A DNA stretch of 64,000 nt from Camelus ferus (Eukaryota), in the NCBI RefSeq assembly GCF_009834535.1, contig NC_045697.1, forward strand, positions 47,370,001-47,434,000, read 5' to 3'. Below, one piece after another: positions 12,900 through 25,680 of the stretch. Under the pieces are notes generated by a model. It saw only the letters and a program-made list of their open reading frames with translations. It made no database searches and was not told where the DNA came from. Numbering within the stretch: the stretch's first letter is position 1; every line of letters begins with the position of its first letter. The position numbers and the translations under genes were made by a program.

Positions 12900-14115
12900 C
12901 ATCCTCTTTTTTTAAAGTGATGATTCAAAACTCTTTACTGCATCTCTCACAGAAGTAATTGTGGCTTGCAGACTTCAAGATGTTTTCATTAATGCTGACT
13001 GCTGTCCTCGGGGAATTCTACACCAGAGGACCCATAATGAAAACCTATTAGGACTGTCTGTTCTTGAGCTTTGTTTAATGGATGAACAATTGTGGCTGAT
13101 AAATTCCCTTTTGAAAGCTTCACTGACACAGGTCTTCAGGAATAGCATGGAATTAAAAAATGCCACAATACTAATTTTAAGCACATAAATTAGAAACATG
13201 GCAGTAAGTTGGGAAGAATCATCCTACAGACAGAATAAAATATCTTAAAACTGCTTAAGAGAAATTGAGAAAAACTCAAGTAAACATGTACTTATATGGT
13301 ATTTCCTAACTCTGAATAAAAATCTGTCTCTACAGTAACAATGTTTTCTTTCTAAACTGACTTCCCTATCCTATTACTAAATACTATTGGCTCTGTTGTC
13401 TCGCATTAAGATGGCTTCATTTGGGCTTTCCTACAGTGTTTAATATTTTTATGAAAAGACATTATCTTGTCACATTAAAGAGAATGGGAAATTAATGTTC
13501 TGGCACAGTTAAAAATGATCGTCGGCTGATTCAACAGATTAGATTGAACAACTTGTTTCAATACAATCCAACATCATTTCATCTTAAAGAGTCCAAAAGA
13601 AAAGAGTTTTGATTCTAAAAAAATTAACTACAACAAGTTAGAAACTAGTTGTGAATGCGCCTGATCTAAACCACCTGTAAGAAATCAGTCCCTTCAACAT
13701 AATCTTTGGCCACTTCTCTTTCTTCAAAGCTTAGTGAATACTTTATGGATTCACACAGCCAACTGGCTTCATTTCCGTTTTACTCATCTAATGAACTGTC
13801 ATGTTTATTTCATCTGTTCACCTTCCTTGTCTGGCATGTGAGAAGCAGCTTCCCAGAACTAGAGCATCTGAGTGCCTCCTGACACATTATGCATGTTAAC
13901 TGAAGCCTGCATAGCAGCCTTGCTGACGGAGTTACAGTGACCCATTTCACATGTGAGACACCAAGATTTAGGAAGATTGGAGAATCCGCTAAGTCCACGT
14001 AGCTAGTTAAGAAGCGGCATCTGAGTGTGTCTGAGTGTGAAAGCAGTCATGACCATCCTGCTCATTCCTCCTCTTTCTTGAAATGTAGTCTCGCCGCCAC
14101 CTGGGGTGATTCTTT

Positions 14116-14589
14116 TGTAAAGTAAAATTCACATTTTATGGCAAGACAAGAAAAATTTAAACCTAAAAAAGACGTTTCTCTGCCCTTTGGGCTCCTCTCT
14201 CCCCACTCCTGTGCTTTGTGCATCCACACGATGCATTGACCAAACCTCTCCATTGGCAGAAACATCTGCTCAGCCATAAACAGCAACATGCTCCTGGCAT
14301 CAACAAGACAACTCCTTAAAAGATAACATTCCTCCTTGACCTTGTAAGGGGTCACGAGGACCCACCACTTTGTACCTGCAGATCTGGATCATGAAAACTG
14401 TCAGTGACATGTCACTTAATGTCCAGCCCTCTGTCTCAAAAAACTTACATTAACTGTGCTGTGACTTCTAACAGGTGGAGTAGTTCTCAGAGCTTTCTGA
14501 GAGGCTGCTCCCAGGTTATAATCCTCCATTCGCCTTGAACAAATTTTTCCATTTTTTTCTTAGATCAACTGATTAATTTTTCATTGACA
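14116..14589 (+). mobile_element. Solo ERV1-class LTR (474 bp) with 4-bp TSD CTTT
   Basis: Begins TG at 14116 and ends TTGACA at 14589; CTTT at 14112-14115 and 14590-14593. Confidence 0.7.
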
Positions 14590-14964
14590 CTTTAAAATGC
14601 ACATGACCAGGCCCTGCCCTAGACATCTGGCTTCACAGTCTTTAGAAATGAGATGTTAGACTCTACAAGTTTAGGAGGCTCCCCAGGTGCCTCTGGGCCA
14701 GGCAAACATGTACGCGGTTGCTTCTGAACCCAAAAAAGGCAAAACTGCAGTCAGATTCTAATTGTTCAGGAATTATGAAAACTCAGGGTTTCCATTCCAG
14801 CTGCAACCTTTTCACTGCCCTCTGCTGCCTACATGTCAAAATATGCTGACGTTCCAATTCCAATGCACAAAACTGGAAGGGTGAAATTCCCAGTCCCGTA
14901 TGCAGTTTGCTACCTAATAAGAATTAAATGGGGAGAAACTATTCATTTAATTAAAAGGAATAAG

Positions 14965-14967
<3 letters not shown>

Positions 14968-14997
<30 letters not shown>
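14968..14997. repeat. (AC)n microsatellite
   Basis: Read directly. Confidence 0.95.
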
Positions 14998-14999
<2 letters not shown>

Positions 15000-15420
15000 A
15001 GCTTGAAAAATGGCACAGGAATTATGAAGTGGAATCTTAGTGGAATCTTTTGAACTGCTTCAGTCATTCAAATAAGCAGTATTATTCATTTGATGGACGT
15101 GGTTGCCCCAAACATTCAGAAATAAATGCATGACTTACACACAAATACCTTACAGTGAAGGAAACGAATAGACTCTTTTAAACTAACACATGCCAGGCAG
15201 TGAACAAGGTGCTTCACACACATCTTAAACTCTTACAATGACCTCAGCGAGGGGGATTTTATTATTTCCATTTAAAAATGGAAGAAACTGGATCTCAGAG
15301 AGATTATTTGTTTAACATAACTCTGCTGCTAAGAACAGCCCCAGCATCTGAACCCACTTGCTTGGGACTAAGATGCCTGGGCTCTCCGCCCCACCATGAG
15401 GCCTCAGGGCACTCCATGTT

Positions 15421-15601
15421 AGCAGTTCTCAAAGTGAGGTTCCTGGACCAGCAGCATCGGCATCACCAGGAACTTACTAGAAATGCAGGTTCTCGGGCCC
15501 CACCCAAGTCTGGAATCAACAACTCAGGGCTAAGATGCAGGATCTGCGTTTCACAAGCCCTCTAGAGGATTGTAATGCACTAACATGTTTGAGAATCACT
15601 G
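15421..15601 (+). mobile_element. MER5A (hAT-Charlie MITE)
   Basis: GTTCTCAAAGTG...GGACCAGCAGCATCGGCATCACC...AGAAATGCAGGTTCTCGGGCCCCACCC...TTTGAGAATCACTG. Confidence 0.85.
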
Positions 15602-16689
15602 CACTATTTCCTTCTTAGCTGCCCAGAAAACCAAAACAAAAATGAGCAAACAAGTCACAGATTCTTTTACGGGGGTGGAGAGGAAGAATGTGACAATGAG
15701 CTCATTGTTGCAGGAATGTTGGCATTTTTACAGCCAAACAAAACTGCCTGCAGCGCCTGCTTCACTGCAGGCTTAATTCTTTGACAATTAGATTGCGAAT
15801 CACTTGACTTCATTGATTTCCACGAACCTGCTACCCTAACAGAGGGTCAGCACTAGTACAAGACATCACATGAATACTCAACAAAGTCTTTTTTTTTTTA
15901 ATCGTGTTTGATCAGATTTCCATCCACATCCCTTAAACACATTGTGTTGCTTTTCTTTTCTCAAAGACCTTCAGATGCCCTGAAAGGGAACATGATCCTG
16001 AAACCAGTTCGAAAATAAGTTTACAGCAAGGACTGTCTAAATAAAAAGAGGGGGAGAAATAGGAGCTCTTTACATTAATAACAGTTGCTGCTCCTCACCA
16101 CGTGCTAATGTTTCCTGCGCTAGCTTGTTCAGCCCTCACAGCAAACTTACAAGGCAGAGTAGATCCCGCTCGCAGGTGACAATAAAGCCGGTGCCCAAGG
16201 CCACACGGCCAGCACGTGGTCAGCCTCATCGGTCTTTGCTCTGAATCACTAGGCTGGGTTGAGTCTTCTTCATCCCCATTTCATTTTCCCTGACTCTCTA
16301 AAGCTATCCTGTGGGTGTCAGTCATAGCACGTGATACCTTGAAGCCACTGAGGGAGCCACGCTGGGGCTGGAGAGTTGTCTGCTACCATCCCTCACAGAG
16401 GCCACTCTGTCCTGGACTCGGGAAATATCTATTTCTTCCCGAAAGTGCACTGGGTTTCCAGGAAGTTCAACATTCATACTCAGAAGGATGGATGAAAGAG
16501 AAAAAACACAAGATGCCAATCCTGTTTTCCATAATAGCTACACATGCTCCAGCACTTTCAATGGCACCAACAACCACCAGAAAGCTGGAGGTCCCCTTTA
16601 ATTTTTTCTCTTTCCCTCCAAACGCAATCATCTGCAAGACCTGTTGAGATCCTCTCAGGAAAAGAATCTCCTGTGTACTTCTACCCACT

Positions 16690-17360
16690 GTCTTTGGCAC
16701 TGCTGTCATCCGAGTCACCATCATCACTCCTCTGGACGGGGACACCTGCCCGAGTCTCCCTCCTGGCTTCCTACTATGCCCACCTCTAGACATTTCCCAC
16801 ACAGCAGCCAGGGATCTGTGAGAGATCGAAGTCTGGGCATGGCACTTCCCTCTGGAACACCCTCCTCTGACCTCCTACTGGATAGCAAATAAAGTCCAAG
16901 TTCCCTGCACTGTCTGCACAGCCTGCGGGGTCTGGCCCAACCTCCGTCATCACGATCACCTGGGGTCGACTGTCCCTTTGCCCATATCCCAGGCCAGTTC
17001 TCTGGAAGTCCAGCTGGTCCATGCCGATCTCTTTCTCATCTTCATGTCTTTGTTCACGCTGTTCCCTTTATCTGGAATGTTTTTCTGCCTTCAGTCTTTG
17101 ATTAAAGGCCATCTCCTCCGACAGGTCTGCCCGGGGCACCTGACCTGGGAGGATCTTCTCTTGTTATTCTCTGCCTCAGCATCCTCTCCCTCTTAGGGCG
17201 CTCAGCATTCAGTAACATCTTGCACTGTTTATCTCTGTCCCCACTTCCTTGAAATTAAAGTTCCATTGGGCAGAGACCTTTCATTTTATTCACACTATAT
17301 CCAACTCTTAGCCCAGTCCTTAGCCTGCAGATAAGGGCTTAATAAATACCTGTGAGTGAG
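16690..17360 (+). mobile_element. L2 3' region
   Basis: L2-like body ending GCTTAATAAATACCTGTGAGTGAGT. Confidence 0.55.
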
Positions 17361-18594
17361 TTTGCTGGAAGTAGGTGGAAGCAAGACAATGACACCCCAA
17401 AGTGTGGAATTTCTCCAAGGCGACACTGGACAGTTGGCTGCCTGATGAAGTTGCTTCCTTCAAATATTGACGGTCTAGACGTCAAAGTGACCATGGTATT
17501 CCAGGAGGTTTGGAAGATGTCAGTACTATGTAAGTGACCTCTTTCAGCACCACAGGCCACTCCAGGTCTTTCAAAGCTGGTTCCACAGCCCAGAAGGATG
17601 CCTGGTGCACCGGGGATGCTTCCAGTGACTCTACCGCATCCTCCTCCCTGGCTCGTCAAGCACTCAGTGGTTCTCTGTCAAAGGTAGGGAACCCGACCAC
17701 CTGGAATGAACTTGAAACACTGAGCTCCTGGAAAGACTTCATCAACACAAACTTCCTTCTTAGAATAATTTTCAATATTTGTTTGTAGTAGATTATAAAT
17801 AAGTTATATTCATCTTTTGAATCATCTAGCACCAGTATCTGAGGATTATCTTTTTGTACCACAATCAAAGTCAGGAGCTTAACTTAACTGATACATCATG
17901 ACCAAACTCTCCTCTTGGCCAAGGGCCACAGAGAATTAAAGACTGTTGTGGTTCTTCTGGCCATGTCTTCAGCTCTATGCATAACTAACTCCATCTTGTG
18001 GGGACCTTCCATTTAATGGACCTTCACTCTAAGTGTGGAAGATAGATAGAACTGGGCTCACTGAAGTGAGGAATCCGGCATCATCATCTACATCTTCTTA
18101 AAGGAGTCCTTGGCTGGAGAATGGCAGCTTTGGATTTGGGGAGTACAGTGGTGACACCCACTCTCCTCCCACTTCACTTCTATGCGAATGGGAATCTACC
18201 TGGGTGGGACTAAGACCAGGGACATTTACTGTTTGTAACATTCTGGAAAGAACATTTATTGCATCCATGACCAAGGTCATTAATACCCACCTGACACGAT
18301 GTTAAAATGCATGATCTTATGGGCTCTGTATGAGTGTGTTTGGGAAGTGACAATCCTCACAAGTTGCTACAGATTTAAGAATGCTTCCTAACGCAACACA
18401 AACCTAGACAATGGAAACTTCTTCAATAGTTCATGCAAAGGCTGCTGGGACTATTGGGATTCTCAGTGGTGCTGGGAGGATCCTGCAGTAACAAAAAAAA
18501 AAAAAAAAAGAGAACTGTACTGCCTTCCCAAATCTCCTCACCCCCTCCTATCACTTCGTGGGAGTTTTCTTACTGTTCTTCCGGTCAGAGCTGT

Positions 18595-18905
18595 ACACCT
18601 GCTGTTCCTTCTGCCTGGATATCCTCCCCGCTCACTCCGTCACTCCACGTTGACTTCTGCTCACATGTCTCAGCAGAAAATAACACACCTCATCACTTTC
18701 ATGCTCCATCTCTGCTTTTCTCCAGAGCACTCAAAACTGACTTTATAGATTATACATCTATTTCTTTGTTTATTAGCTGTCTTCCCTAATAAAATCAGTC
18801 ATGTAAGCTCCAGGATTTTATTTTTCTTTGTCTACTGTACCCTCAGAATCTAAAAGAGCATCTGGCAGATGCTTAGTAAATACCTGCTGGATGAATGAGT
18901 GAATA
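18595..18905 (+). mobile_element. L2 3' end
   Basis: CACCTGCTGTTCCTTCTGCCTGGA...GCTTAGTAAATACCTGCTGGATGAATGAGTGAAT. Confidence 0.7.
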
Positions 18906-20552
18906 CGAAATGCTTTCTTGTTCTAGGTCTTGCTTATGTTGCTAATTCTCAAATGCCACGACCAGACTTTCAGAGCTCTATGCCATATCTCAAAAATTTG
19001 ACAAATGCATTCTTCACCTTTTGTAAATCCTGTTCTCATGAGGCTGTCTCTACTCTTATTTACACATGCCTCCAGAACCTAGGCGAGGTATTTATCAAAC
19101 ACAAACAGTTGAAAATGAAAGGAACAAAGGTCTGACAATGGAGGAAGGGGCAAACTTGAGAATCTTCTGCCCTTTTGAGTTATTCTCTTAATTCATATGA
19201 GACCTCTGTATTAATCTTATTGCTCAGTACTCTAAAATACTTAGTTTTTCTAACAGCTTAACATCCATCCCAAAAATAGACTTTTAAGAGAATCAAGTCA
19301 AACCTTCTCCCCTTCACCTTCTTTGTTCTCAACCTAAAACTTTTTCTTTGCTTCTTTGCCTTTAGTTTACCAGGCTTCTTCAACGGCTACAGATTAGATT
19401 GGAAAATTACACTTTTTATTATGATTAAACATAAAAGAAGGACTTTTACTCCTGGGTGGTTGGACTTGGGTCAGGAAGCAGCAGAGAACAGCCTCTTAAT
19501 GTTCATCCCATTCATTCCTCTTTCTTCTCCTCAGATTATACGGTATTTCTTTCCAGGCTTTGTCTTAAAACAAGTCTCTAATGTTTTGATTTGAAATCCA
19601 GGTCTAACCTGTTTTTCATTAACTTCCTGCAGAGGACCAATTGTGTAAGTGTCTGAGTGCCAATATTTACCTAAAGAAGCTTCAGGAAACATGGTTTGAA
19701 ACATACATCAGACAAGAAGTTGCAATCATGTAGAAAGTACCTAATCAAGCCTGATGACTGTACGTAGTGCTTGGGATGTGAAAAGTCTATTTCAGTGAAA
19801 ACCGTTAGAAAGCTGATCATCTAGCCCTGAGATGCAGCAGAAGGGAGGGAGACCAGAGAAGAAACTCAGCACATCCACGTGCCGGGAACACAGGTGTTCT
19901 CGCCACACGTTGTTTAAGTTTGCATGGTTGGGAACAGCAAACACACCAGGAAAGAAAGGTCTATTTGTATGCCCCCACCAAAGCAAGAAATATGAACGTG
20001 GATGGGGCTCTTGCAAATCCCCCATACCCAGGACCAAAAACATCCCAATGCCCAGGGCTGATGTCATCCACGGGGCAGAACTGGAAAGGTATTACCTTCC
20101 CCAAGTTCCCTCTCACATTAGCACACTGCACCTTTCCTGGGAGCCCTACCACTGGTGTCCTTCCTTTGGGTTATGCTGCAGAAATGGGAACATCGTATTC
20201 TCATGCATCAAACTGCACCAAGCTTGTTCCCAGGAAAGAGAGGATGGGTGGGGTGGAAACAGGAAGCTATGCTCTCTAATTCTCACCAAGGACGCATTAT
20301 CATGGACTAGCTTCTCCTATCAGTGAGTTTCCACCTTAAATAAACCTCCCCCAACCCTTCCACCAACAAGCATCCCTTTTTGTATGTCTTCTCCATGAGC
20401 CCCATGTTTTGAGTGATTCTGCCTGCCAGTCTGAGTCTCTTACAAAACATTAACTCATTTTCTTCAGTCTTACTTATGATTAAAGAGGTAACTTCCAACC
20501 AGAGCTTCTGACCAGCATAAGATAACCAGTGTCATTGTGTTGGTATAATTTT

Positions 20553-20555
<3 letters not shown>

Positions 20556-20584
<29 letters not shown>

Positions 20585-20595
20585 CAAAAAACAAA
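20556..20595. repeat. Poly(A)/A-rich tract
   Basis: Read directly. Confidence 0.95.
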
Positions 20596-20602
20596 CCAGG
20601 AA

Positions 20603-21285
20603 TGTGATATTTTGGAAACTCTATGCAGGCTTGATATGACTTACATACTTATATATGCATGGTATAAGGAAGATATAGCTGGTCTTTGTCCTGGGTTCCA
20701 ACCACAGAGCTTCAGGAATCACTAGAATGTCCTGAGGGATAGGAATGTCTTTATTGTGCTAATGAGGGGACTCTTGGTAGCCCTGAGGGAGCTATAGGAC
20801 CAGACTGGCCACTAAAAAGACCAGTCACATGATTAGAGGGCTGGCACTCTGGGAGGGGAAGGGGTCTGGAGACTTGAGTTCTACCGTGACTATGTAATAA
20901 AATTCCAGTAAAAGCTCTGGACACTGAGGCTCAGAGGAACTCCCTGGCTGGTGAATACTCTGATGTGCAGGGAAGGGAGGCACCCTGACTCCAGGGGGAC
21001 AAGGCACTGAAGCTCTGCACCCAGCGCCTTTCCAGACTTTACTCTATGTGTAGGTTTTATAATAAAAGTGTAATTGTAAATATAGCTCTTACAGGGAATT
21101 CTGTTAGTTACTCTAAAAAACTACTGAACAGAGTCATGGAACCTCCCTCCCCCAATTTATAGCCCCTGGTCAGCAAAGCAGGTGACTCTGACACTTGCAG
21201 CCGGCGTCTGAAGTGAGGGCTGAGCCCCTACACCTGTGGAGTCTGATGCTAACCCGGGGTAGTGTTGGAATTGTACTGCCGTCCA
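20603..21285 (+). mobile_element. MER21-like LTR
   Basis: Starts TGTGATATT; contains GGTCTTTGTCCTGGGTTCC and AAAAGCTCTGGACACTGAGGCTCAG; homologous to 2352-3093. Confidence 0.7.
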
Positions 21286-21334
21286 CCCACCAGGAGTGAG
21301 AACAGGGCATTATATGCCTTTAAATATATATGAA

Positions 21335-21560
21335 CATCCAAGCCCACAGAACGTACAACAGCAAGTAACATAAAGTATGGAACTTGGAAAATAATGATGT
21401 GTCAATGTAGGTTCATTGGTTGTAACAAAAGTACCATCCAGTGGGGGATGTTGATAATGGGGGAGCTACACATGTGTGAGGCTGGGGAGTGCACAGCAAG
21501 TCTCTGTATCTTTTCCTTGATTTTGCTATGAACTTAAAACTGCTCTAAAAAATAAAATCA
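21335..21560 (+). mobile_element. L1 (L1MC-like) 3' end
   Basis: ATAATGATGTGTCAATGTAGGTTCAT...TGTAACAAAAGTACCA...AAAACTGCTCTAAAAAATAAA. Confidence 0.8.
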
Positions 21561-21915
21561 AGTAATACATACATATATATATAAAACTTTTCATATATAT
21601 ATGAAAATACTAAAAATAAGAGTTGTCAGAAAGCATATATTTATGGGGAAAATCCTTTGGTTTCAGTTGGCTCAGAGAGAATCATTCCAGTGGGAAGGGG
21701 GATGCTGCTGATTTGCAATAAAACCAGGCCCAGGAAACAGGCAGCAGCTCCTTTACTAAAACAGTTACTGGGATTTAATTAGAAATGTATATGTTTATAG
21801 AAAAAAAAATGAATATACCAAAATGATCACGATTTCAACATTACTGAGGGCTCACGGCATGCCAGGCTCTATTAATGCATTTTACACGAACTGACTTAAT
21901 GCTTCCAAACCCTGG

Positions 21916-22046
21916 ATGATTAGAGGGCTGGCACTTTGGGAGGGGAAGGGGACTGGAGACCAAGTTCTACCGTGACTATGTAATAAAACTCCAGTAAAAG
22001 CTCTGGACACCGAGGCTCAGACGAACTCCCTGGCTGGTGGATACTC
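21916..22046 (+). repeat. 131-bp direct copy of LTR segment 20829-20960, inside a MIR
   Basis: Manual alignment gives about 8 substitutions and 1 indel. Confidence 0.92.
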
Positions 22047-23352
22047 ATAGTGAGAGACTGAATAACTTGTTCAAGGTCATGCTCAAGAGTCTGCCTCTTC
22101 ACCAATCAGAGAGTTCTGAGAAGGAGAACTGCACTGTGGCTGAATGGTGTGCATTCTGCTCCCGGGAGAGCCCGCTGCACTAGGTACTTGCTGCTTTAAT
22201 TGTGTAACTACCGTTTGACTGAACTCCTTCAAGGCAAAGTTCGTAGGCATCATCCTTATGGGAAGTTACATTTTTATAAAATTTCTTTTACCCCTTGGTT
22301 CCAGAAAAACTCTGTGTTCTCCTTCCTCATTTTGCAAATTAGAGTTTGGAGTGGGGAAGGGAGTGTGTACAGTAGGTTAGGAAGTTATCATGGTTCATGA
22401 TGATTATAATGACAATGAGCTAATTTAGAAACATCATACTAGCATAATAAAAATACTAATTTGAGAGTTCAAACAAGTAGTAATTGCATTCATTATAATT
22501 CTGTAAAAGTTAGACATTGACCCAAGAGAAAAAAGCTCGGAGTAGGAGAAACCAGCACTGTAGAAGGCACGTGTGGGAAAAAACCTGCTATAGTATCTGC
22601 AGAAGAAATGTCCCAACACATTCTAAGTTGTGGAATGCCTGAGTGCTTGCTATAGATGTAACGGCAACATGTGACAAGAGACCTTGAGTCCACAGAGCAC
22701 AGACTGTTAAGATACCAGGCCCCCTCGTCGGGGCGAAGCGGTCCACGCCCTCCCTGAGCAGAGACACACAGGCTCCCCCGCTGTCTGAAGGCAGAGCGTT
22801 CCCATGAAACCTTTCGGAACCCGAAATGGCATAAAGCCAAGAGTACCCTGATATTCGAAAGTTCACATTACATCACTTCAATTTTAAGAAAGACCTACAT
22901 TAATATGGTAACGGCACAAAAGCAGAAATCCACTATGGATTTCTTTCGGTGAGGGAGGCAGGTACAGGCGTACCTCGTCTTTGTGGCACTTTGCTGTATT
23001 GCTCTTCGCAGATCCTACATTTTTTACAAATTGAGGTTTGTGACAACCCTGAATCAACCAAGACCATCAGTGCCATTTTTCCAACACCATTTTGCTCACT
23101 TCGTGTCTCTGTGTCATGTTTTGGTAATTCTAGCAATATTTAAACTTTTTCATTATTACTATATTTGTTTTGGTGATTCGTGATCAGTGATCTTTGATGT
23201 CACTCTTGCAAAAAGACTACAACTCCCTGAAGGCTCAGATGATAGTTAGCATTTTCTAGCAATAAAGTATTTTAAAATTAAGGTACATACATTGCTTTTT
23301 TAGACAATGCTATTGTACACAACAGACTACATAGTGTAAACATAAATTTTTA

Positions 23353-23766
23353 TTGCTGTTGATTTGCCATGCTGTGTTGGTTTCTGGTGTACAGCAAAGT
23401 GGTTAAGTTACACATATATTATATATTCTTTTTCAGATTAATTTCCATTATAGGTTATTACAAAGTATTGAATATAACTTTTTATTGGCTACATTCCCCA
23501 CATTGAGGCTTATTTTATAGCTAATAAATTGTATTTCTTATGCCCCTATCCCTCACTTGTAATTACTAGCTTGTTCTCTATATCTGTGAGTCTGCTTCTT
23601 TTTTGTTATAGTCACCAGTTTGTTGTATTTTTTATACTCCACATACACATGATACCATATATTATTTGTCTTTGACTTACTGCACTTGGCATAATGCCCT
23701 CCAGGTCCATCCATGTTGCTGCAAATGGCCACATTTTATTCTTTTTTATGGCTGAGTAATATTCCG

Positions 23767-23814
<48 letters not shown>

Positions 23815-24567
23815 CACATCCTCTTTATCCAGTCATCTGTTGATGGGTGCTTAGGTTGTTTCCTTGGCAATTGTAAATCATACTGCTATGAACATTGGGG
23901 TACACGTATCTTTTCAAATGAGTGTTTTTGGTTTTTTTTAGGATATATACCTAGGAGTAGAATTGCTCGGTCATATGGTAGTTCTATTTTTAGTTTTTAG
24001 AGAAAATTCCATATTGTTTTCCATAGTGGCTACACCAATTTACATTTCCACCAACAGTGTTTGAGGGTTCCCTTTTCTCCACATTCCTGCCAACATTTGC
24101 TATTTGTGGTCTTTGTGATGACAGCCATTCTAACAGGTGTGAGGTGATATCTCACTGTGGCTTAATTTGCATTTCTCTGATGACTATCAGTGTTGCACAT
24201 CTTTTCACGTGCCTGTTGGCTATCTGTATGTCTTTTTTGGAAAAAAGTCTATTCAGGTCTTTTGTCCAGTTTTTAATTTGGTTGCTTGTTCTTTTGATGT
24301 AAAGTTGTATGAGCTGTTGACGTATTTTGGATATTAACTCCTTATCAGTCATAACAATAGCAAATATTTTCTCCCATTTAGTAAGTTGTCTTTTCATTTT
24401 GTCAATGGTTTTCTTTGCTGTGCAAAGGCTTTTAAGTCTAATTAGGCCTCAATTGTTTATTTCTGCTTTTACTTCCATTGCTTTAGAAGACAGATCCAAA
24501 AAAATTGCTACAATTTATGTCAAAGACTGTTCTGGCAATGTTTTCTTCTAGGAGTTCTATGGTTTCC
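23353..24567 (-). mobile_element. 5'-truncated L1 (ORF2 C-terminus and 3'UTR) nested in Tigger1
   Basis: ORF 24152-24397 (KRQLTKWEKIFA...KKDIQIANRHVKRC...IREMQIK) is L1 ORF2-like; imperfect TSD AAACATAA(A/C)TT(T/C)T. Confidence 0.92.
23770..23812. repeat. (TG)n microsatellite within the L1
   Basis: Read directly. Confidence 0.95.
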
Positions 24568-25079
24568 AAAACATAACTTCTATACGCACTGGGAAACCAA
24601 AAAATTTATTGAGATATTGGCTTTATTGCAGTGGTCTGGAACCAAACGTGCAATATCTCTAAGGTGTGCCTATACTAATGTAGGTCTTTCCTAAAAACAA
24701 AGTGGTGTAATGCAAACTTTTGAAAAATGCGGCTACCCATATTCAAAAATTTTAAACAAAGGAAGTAGTAATGCAACATCTGAAACAATGAGAGGGTTGC
24801 AACACTTCTAGATAGAATATACAGACCTAGGAAACCCGCTACTCTTTCATCTTCAACGGTAATGTACTGAAATTCCAACCAAAGTCCTCCCTTCGATCAT
24901 ATCACTCCAATAAACTCACTGCACACTGGTAACCACAAATCATCTACAGTTTTGTAGAAAAGCATAGATTTGGTTGCTCACTTGTGTTTGGGTGTGTATG
25001 TGCTTTTGTGTGTAAGAGACAAACAGAGAACAGATAAAACTTAGTGATAAGAGTACTTACAGAAATCTGAGGGTTTTTT

Positions 25080-25450
25080 TTAAAATTGTGGTTTAAAAAA
25101 AAGTATAACATACAATGTACCACTTTGAACATTTTTAAGTGTAAAGTTCAGCAGTAGTGAGAATATTCATACTCAGAGCTCTAGAACTTAACTTTTTCAT
25201 GGCACAGAACTACAATTCTATACGCATTAAGCAACAAACCCCTCTTCCCCCTCCCCCAGACCCTGGCAACCACAATTCTATTTCTGTCTCTATGAATTTA
25301 GGTATCTCAGATAAATGAGATCATATACTATTTTGTCTTTTTATTACTGACTCATTTCATTTAGCATAATGTCCTCAAGGTTCATCTAGGTTGTAGCGTG
25401 TATCCAAATTTTTTTTGGAATATTTTGAGGAAGCACCATCCTGTTTTCTA
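25080..25450 (-). mobile_element. L1 3'UTR fragment (L1MB-like)
   Basis: CATTTTTAAGTGTAAAGTTCAG...CCCTGGCAACCAC...TTAGCATAATGTCCTCAAGGTTCATC. Confidence 0.8.
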
Positions 25451-25680
25451 GAGTAGTTCTGAATTGTTTTTAATATTTGCTCTCAGAGATCTCACTCATA
25501 CATGTTAGTTCTTTAATTTGAGAGAGGAGGAAAACAAAAAACAAAAAGCAAGGTAGCAGGAGGCCCTCTTTGGCTGGGGCCTCTTTCTTTACTAGAGCCC
25601 CCCCAATGCCCAGCTTCCCCTTTCTGGTCTGTCCCCTCCCCTTCTCTCCCACCGCCCAATGTCCAATGCTATCATCCCCT

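Larger units (their letters stand above)
22965..24672 (+). mobile_element. Internally deleted Tigger1 (TcMar), split by an L1 insertion
   Basis: TA-CAGGCGTACCTCG left TIR and AGGTGTGCCTA-TA right TIR; Tigger1 sequence resumes at AAACATAACTTCTATACGCACTGGGAAACCAAAAAAT. Confidence 0.85.

Noticed and set aside
19832..20326. 164-aa intronic ORF antisense to ANXA3
   Set aside because: No recognisable homology or splice context; consistent with chance.
24152..24397. ORF2-like peptide as an active L1
   Set aside because: A short, 5'-truncated and interrupted fragment.
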